DNA from: the human T2T-CHM13v2.0 reference genome, Homo sapiens
DNA length: 64,000 nucleotides
Assembly: GCF_009914755.1 (NCBI RefSeq)
Contig: NC_060947.1
Direction: 5' to 3' (one strand)
The notes under the pieces: generated by a model
What the model was told of the DNA's origin: nothing
What the model saw: only the letters and a program-made list of their open reading frames with translations
Databases searched by the model: none
Shown here: one piece after another, positions 57,569-64,000 of the stretch
How positions within the stretch are numbered: the first letter of the stretch is position 1
Layout of the letters: every line of letters starts with the position of its first letter
Made by a program: the position numbers and the translations under genes

Positions 57569-59915
57569 TCATACAGTTTGGCTGTGTCCCCACCTAAATT
57601 TCATCTTGAATTGTAGCTCTTATAATCCCCACATGTCATGGGAGGGACCCAGTAGGAGGTAATTGAATAATGGGGGTGAGTTATCCTGTGCTGTTCATGT
57701 GATAGTGAATAAGTCTCATGAGACCTGATGGTTTTATAAAGGACAGTTCCCCTGCACGCTCTCTCTTGCCTGCCACCATGTGAGATGTGCCTTTGCTTCT
57801 CCTTCACTTTCTGCCATGATTGCGAGGCCTCCCCAGCCATGTGGAACTGTGAGTCCATTAAACCTCTTTTTCTTCATAAATTGCCCCATGTTGGTATTTC
57901 TTCAGAGCAGTATGAAAATGGACTAATACGGTAAATTGGTACCACAGAGAGTGGGGTGCTGCTATAAAGATAGCCAAAAATGTGGAAGTGACTTTGGAAC
58001 TGGGTAACAGGCAGAGGTTGGAACAGTTTGGAGGGCTCAGAAGAAGATAGAAAAATGTGTGAAAAGTTGGAACTTCCTAGAGACTTGGAGGGCTCAGAAG
58101 ACAGGAAGTTGTAGGAAAGTTTGGAACTTTCTAGAGACTTGTTGAATAGCTTAGACCAAAATGCTGATTGTGATATGGACAACAAAGTTCAGGCTGAGGT
58201 GGTCTCAGATGGAGGTAAGGAACTTGTTGAGGACTGGAGTAAAGGTCCCTCTTGCCATGCAAAGGGACTGATGGGATTTTGCCCCTGCGCTAGAGATCTG
58301 TGAAACTTTAAACTTGAGAGAGACGATTTAGGGTATCTGGCAGAAGAAATTTCTAAGTGGCAAAGTGTTCAAGAGGAAGCAGAGAATAAAAGTTTGAAAA
58401 ATTTGCAGCCTGATACTGCAGTAGAATAGAAAAACCCATTTTCTGTGGAGAAGTTCAAGTCAGCAGCATAAATCTGCATAACTAACAAGGAGCCAAATGT
58501 TGATCACCAAGACAATGGGGAAAATGTCTCTAGGGCATGTCAGAGATCTTCACAGCAGCCCTCCCATCACAGGCCTGGATGCCTAAGAGGGAAAAATGGT
58601 TTCCTGAGCCAGGTCCAGGGTACCCCTGCTGTGTGCAGCCTAGGGATGAGATGCCCTGTGTCCCAGCTGCTCCAGCTATGGCTAAAAGGGGTCAAGGTAT
58701 AGCTTAGGCCATGGCTTCAGAGGGTGCAAGTCCCAAGCCTTGGCAGCTTCCATGTGGTTTTGAACCTGCAGGTGCACAGAAGTCAAGAGTCAAGGTTTGG
58801 GAACCTTCCCCTAGATTTCGGATGATTTATGTAATCACCTGGATGTCCAGGCAGCAGTTTGCTGCAGGGTGGAGCCCTTATGAAGAACCTCTGCTAGGGC
58901 AGTGTGGAAGGGAAATGTGGAATCAGAGCCCCCACACAGAGTCCCCACTGGGGCACTGCCTAGGAGAGCTGTGAGAAGAGGCCCACCATCCTCCAGACCC
59001 CAGATCCACCATCCTCCAGACCCCAGATCCACCATCTTCCAGCCCCTAGATCCACTGACAGCTTGCACCATGCACCTGGAAAAGTTGCAGACCCTCAATG
59101 CCAGCCCATGAAAGCAGCCAGAAGGGGGGCTGTAACCTGCAATGCCACAGGGGTGGAGCTGCTCAAGACCATGGGAACCCATCTCTTGTATCAGTGTGAC
59201 CTGGATGTGAGACATGGAGTCAAAGGAGATCATTTTGGAGCTTTAAGATTTGCCTGCCCTGCTGGATTTTGGACTTGCATGAGGCCTGTAGCCCCTTTGT
59301 TTTGGCTAATTTCTCCCACTTGGAATGGCTGTATTTACCCAATACCTGTCCCCCATTATATCTAGGAAGTAATTAACTTGTTTCTGATTTTACAAGCTAA
59401 GCGGTGGAAGGGACTTGCCTTATATCAGATGAGACTTTGACTGTGGAATTTTGAGTTAATGCTGAAATGAGTTAAGACTTTGGGGGACTGTTGGGAAGGC
59501 ATGATTGGTTTTAAAATGTGAGGACATGAGATTTGAGAGGGGCCATGGGTGGAATGATGTGGTTTGGCTATGTCTCTACCCAAAGCTTATCTTAAATTGT
59601 AGCTCCCATAATCCCCATATGTCATGGGAGGGACCCAGTCAGAGGTAATTGAATCAGGGGGGTGGGTTTTTTCTTGCTGTTCTCATGATAGTGAATAAGT
59701 CTCACAAGACCTGATGGTTTTATGAAGGGCAGTTCTCTTGCACACACTCTCTTGCCTGCCGCCATGTGAGATGTGTTTTGCTTCTCCTTTGCCTTCCACC
59801 ATGATTGTGAGGCCTCCCCAGCCATGTGGAACTGTGAGTCCATTAAACCTCTTTTTCTTTAAATATTACCCAGCCTTGGGTATTTCTTCATACAGTATGA
59901 AAATGGACTAATACA
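57569..59915 (+). mobile_element. Complete THE1 (C/D-like) MaLR: 5' LTR 57569-57930, internal 57931-59554, 3' LTR 59555-59915
   Basis: Two homologous ~360-bp LTRs ending ggactaatac(g/a), purine-rich tract before the 3' LTR, perfect 5-bp TSD GTGTC at 57564-57568 and 59916-59920. Confidence 0.95.
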
Positions 59916-62526
59916 GTGTCATTAACAGCAAAGCTAATATTGAAGTGTCTGCTCTATGAATTTATTGGCACAGAAACTCCTGGAAAGTACCTGATTTAGT
60001 TGTCCACTCAAAGCCAATAAAAATTGATTGTTTTCCTAATCATGGATGAGATATAGCATAGTAGAATGATTGACCTTTTCTTAAAAATAACTAACCACAT
60101 TCTTGCTTAATTTTGCAAGTTGCCACATTTGAGGAACTGGATTATATATATCCTCTGCCTTTAAAACAGGTACAATAAAATTTTGCACATAAAGATAAAT
60201 TAATGCATTTATAAGTGTTTTAAATAATAAAAATTAGAATTCTTACATTTTTCATTGAGGTTTTAATTAATCAATACATTCAGACTTTAGAGATAAAACT
60301 CATAGACTTTGTTGCAAATGTACTTAACATTTTTCTGATGAGAAATATATTTTTAAATAGGCAGGTCTGATGTTTAAAACTGAGAATATACAGCTGTTAA
60401 TTATATTAGCTCTTTTCCTCTATTCAGTAGCATTTTATCAACCATGTTATGGGTTTATAAACAACTTTTGCTGCATAATAAAGCTTCTTATACTTACTCT
60501 CATTGACAATCACTTAAATGGAAATTATACTATTTTTAGAAAGCATTCAATACAATTAGAAAGAATTGAGGAATAATGAAGGTAATTCTAAATATTGTTC
60601 TGCTCAGTGCATAATTTGGCATTTGGGTAGAGTGTGCTTGGCACCATTGGGTCAGTCCCTAGTGCTTTAAAATGTATATTTAGCATGCCTCTTTCAGATA
60701 CCTTCCTGTTTTTGAATGGATAGGAAACTGCATCACATAAAGGAGGCTAGCAGAGAATGAATCAGATCCAGAGTCAAATCAGTTTGAAAGCACTTATTCA
60801 CTCAAGTTGGCAATGCTACCTTAGGAACTGTAGTGTAAACTAATACCTGCTTTTTATGTGCCTTTTTGGGATATTTGATATTGGATATTTAAAATAAGTA
60901 TGTAGATATATTTGAATATATATTTAAATTAAGGCTTATAATAAGCAAGTAATGTGAGTTGCGTACCTCTGAGGGATACTACCAGGTAGCTACAGGCAAC
61001 TTTTGAGGTACTCAAAGCTCTCCTTATGGATTAAGAAGAATTACTAAGGATAGATTCATCTTTTGGAGACTCCATTCTTAATGCAAACCATTTACAATGG
61101 TCCATCTCAAATTTTAGCATCATGGCAACAAAAGGCAGGCAATGGGAAATCTTAGTATCCATTTAATTGTTCATAACTGAAGTCAGTATGGTAATATTAC
61201 CTCAAAACATTATTTGTCATGGTTTGGGGGGATGAGTTATGCATAATACCATACACTTGTCCACCTTCCTTAGTGTTGTGTGTGTAGATAGAATAAGCAG
61301 TGAGGAAGGGAGTAGAGTTCACATGAGACCGCTCTGTGTTCTGATATAATCATCTGCTCTGTATTCTTTGTCCTAGCCCTGTGAAAAGCTGTTTGTAATG
61401 GCACCTTCATCCTACAAAGAACATTATTTTCATGGTTAATCTATTCAAACAAACCATAGTCTCTATACAAGGTAGAATGTTTCATTTATATTTAACAAAA
61501 AATATAATACTGGTGTGTCATAATACACTATAAATATACGATGTTCATAACTGGAAGTTATTCATCGTTTACTTGTAGCCAAATGGTGGAGTTTAAAATT
61601 TGCATAGAAATGCAAAAGCTGAGAAACTGTCAAGGTAATATTTACCACATCTTCCCAGATTATTAAAATTATAGTACTGTTAACACCAGGTAGCAGAATA
61701 AAAGAGTTAACCACAGATGTAGTTTTTCTAATATCCTTCTTTTTCTTTTCTCTAACCCCATCCTCTTTGGGATCTGTGAAGTTGGTTGGAGAACCTCTGC
61801 CTTGCTTAGAGATTTTTCATTTTAAAGGAAATTCCAATGTCTTGTCCTCTTTATCTCCCTTACTGGTTGTGAGCACCTTCCTGGTTGCTGTTCTTCACAG
61901 AACTCCTAGAAGGTGGATGCCCATGCAGTCAACGGCTACCTTAGGACCTCCTAGTACAGCCCTCTCCATCTCATCTTCCTCAGACCCACCCCCACTGTGG
62001 CTACCCAGTTTCTCACCTATTTGTAAATCTGAACTGATTACTCAATAAATTACCTAGCCATTAGTTATCCATAAGTGTTGCTGTCTATAATTTGGGCATT
62101 TCATATTAGATAGGTGATATTTAAATGTATGCTTTATGCTTACAAAGGGTGTTATTAGAAATCAAAATGCATTTACTTCATGTTAAAAAGAAAAGAATAA
62201 TGTGTACAATTAAATTAAATATTTTTTCTGTTTAAAAATTTCTGTTCAACTTAAAACCAACTTTATTATATCAATTCTTCATTTAAATATTTTATTAAAT
62301 GTATTGAATGGTTTTCTCTTAATGTCCTTAATTTTATGTAATTTAATTATTTAAATCTATTTAACATTTACCTTTATCCTGAACATTTTTAGTTTTTTCA
62401 ACCAAATAGAAACCAATATAAAAAATGCTTTTGTAATACGGTTTTCAGAATTTCAGCAGACTTAAAATTCATCATTTTAATGCTTGAAAGTTATTTAAAG
62501 ATGAATATTATTATAAAGAATCTTAG

Positions 62527-62848
<322 letters not shown>

Positions 62849-62907
62849 AGCTCTTAGTATTTTTTCTTATTTTTTTTTTTAATTTAACACCATGTAGACA
62901 TGGTCAG

Positions 62908-63900
62908 TTTATTTATTTATTTATTTTTCTTCAATTTTTATTTTAATTTCAGGGGTACATGTGCAGGATGCGCAGGCTTGTTACATAGACAAATGTGTGC
63001 CATGGTGGTTTGCTACACAGATCAACTCATCACATAGGTATTAAGCCCATTATCCATTAGCTATTCCTGAAGCTTTCTCTCCCCCTGCTCCCCACTGACA
63101 GGCCCCAGTGTGTGTTGTTCCCTAGCATGTGTCCATGTGTTCCCATCATTCAGTTCCCACTTATAAGTGAGAACATGTGTTTGTTGTTTGGTTTTCTGTT
63201 CCTGCATTAGTTTGCTGAGCATAACGGCTTCCAGCTCCATCCATGTCCCTGCAAAGGACATGATCTCCTTCCTTTTTGTGGCTGCATAGTATTCCATGGT
63301 GTATATGTACCACATTTTCTTTATCCAGTCTATCGTTGATGGGCATTTGAGTTGATTCCATGTCTTTGCTATTGTGAATAGTGCTGCAGTGAACATACAT
63401 GTGCATATGTCTTTATAACAGAATGATTTATATTCCTTTGGATATATACCCAGTAATGGGATTGCTGCATCAAATGGTATTTCTGCTTCTAGATCTTTGA
63501 GGAATCACCACAATGGTTAAACTAATTTACATTTCCACCAACAGTGTAAAAGTACTCCTTTTTCTCCACACCCTCACCAGCATCTGTTGTTTCTTGACTT
63601 TTTAATAATCGCCATTCTGACTGGCGTGAGATGGTATCTCATTGCAGTTTTGATTTGCATTTCTCTAATGACCAGTGATGTTGAGCTTTTTTTTTTCATG
63701 TTTGTGGGCTGCATGAATGTCTTCTTTTGAGAAGTGTCTGTTTATGTCCTTTGCCCATTTTTTAATGGGGTTGTTTTTTTCTTGTAGATTTCTTTAAGTT
63801 CCTTGTACACTCTGGATATTAGTACTTTGTCAGATGGACAGACTGCAAAATTTTTTCTGCCATTCTGTAGGTTGTCTGCTCATTCTGATGATAGTTTATT
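62908..63900 (-). mobile_element. 5'-truncated L1PA (PA10-13-like)
   Basis: aggggtacatgtgcaggatg 3' end; ORF 63061..63396 resembles the ORF2 C-terminus; TSD ttcaagctcttact at 62535-62548 and 63901-63914. Confidence 0.9.
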
Positions 63901-64000
63901 TTCAAGCTCTTACTTTCAAAATAAAAGTATCATCTACTTGCATTGTGGTGGTTCCTACTGGATGAAACCATAACTTTAAAAACCATAATGCATCATCTTG

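Noticed and set aside
58028-58141. ~55-bp tandem duplication near the 5' end of the THE1 internal region
   Set aside because: I recall this duplication in many THE1 copies, so it is probably a subfamily trait rather than locus-specific

Overview
AT-rich, repeat-dense primate (very likely human) DNA from the interior of one large + strand gene. Nine GT-AG exons (965-1096, 5087-5164, 8058-8202, 9388-9482, 22549-22687, 39028-39122, 43470-43629, 46759-46954, 54629-54838; 1250 nt) splice with matching phases into one stop-free frame of ~416 codons. The product has tandem ASH/Hydin-like beta-sandwich segments, which I recognise from memory as CFAP47 (Xp21.1; formerly split as CXorf22/CXorf59/CXorf30). 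The introns hold Alus, L1s (including an apparently full-length antisense L1MA), L2/MIR, MaLR elements (complete THE1 with TSD, an LTR-less MST-like internal region, MLT1), an HML-5 LTR22 with a tRNA-Met PBS, hAT MITEs, a MADE1 and a U6-L1 chimeric retrocopy. Almost all supplied ORFs are repeat-derived or spurious. I find no new protein-coding system. The most unusual signals are structural: three short inverted copies of nearby sequence, an LTR22+PBS remnant still bounded by a TSD, a reused L1 target site with a short 3' transduction, and long inverted MaLR internal regions around a symmetric exon. Repeat subfamilies and the boundaries of old repeats were assigned by eye and are approximate.
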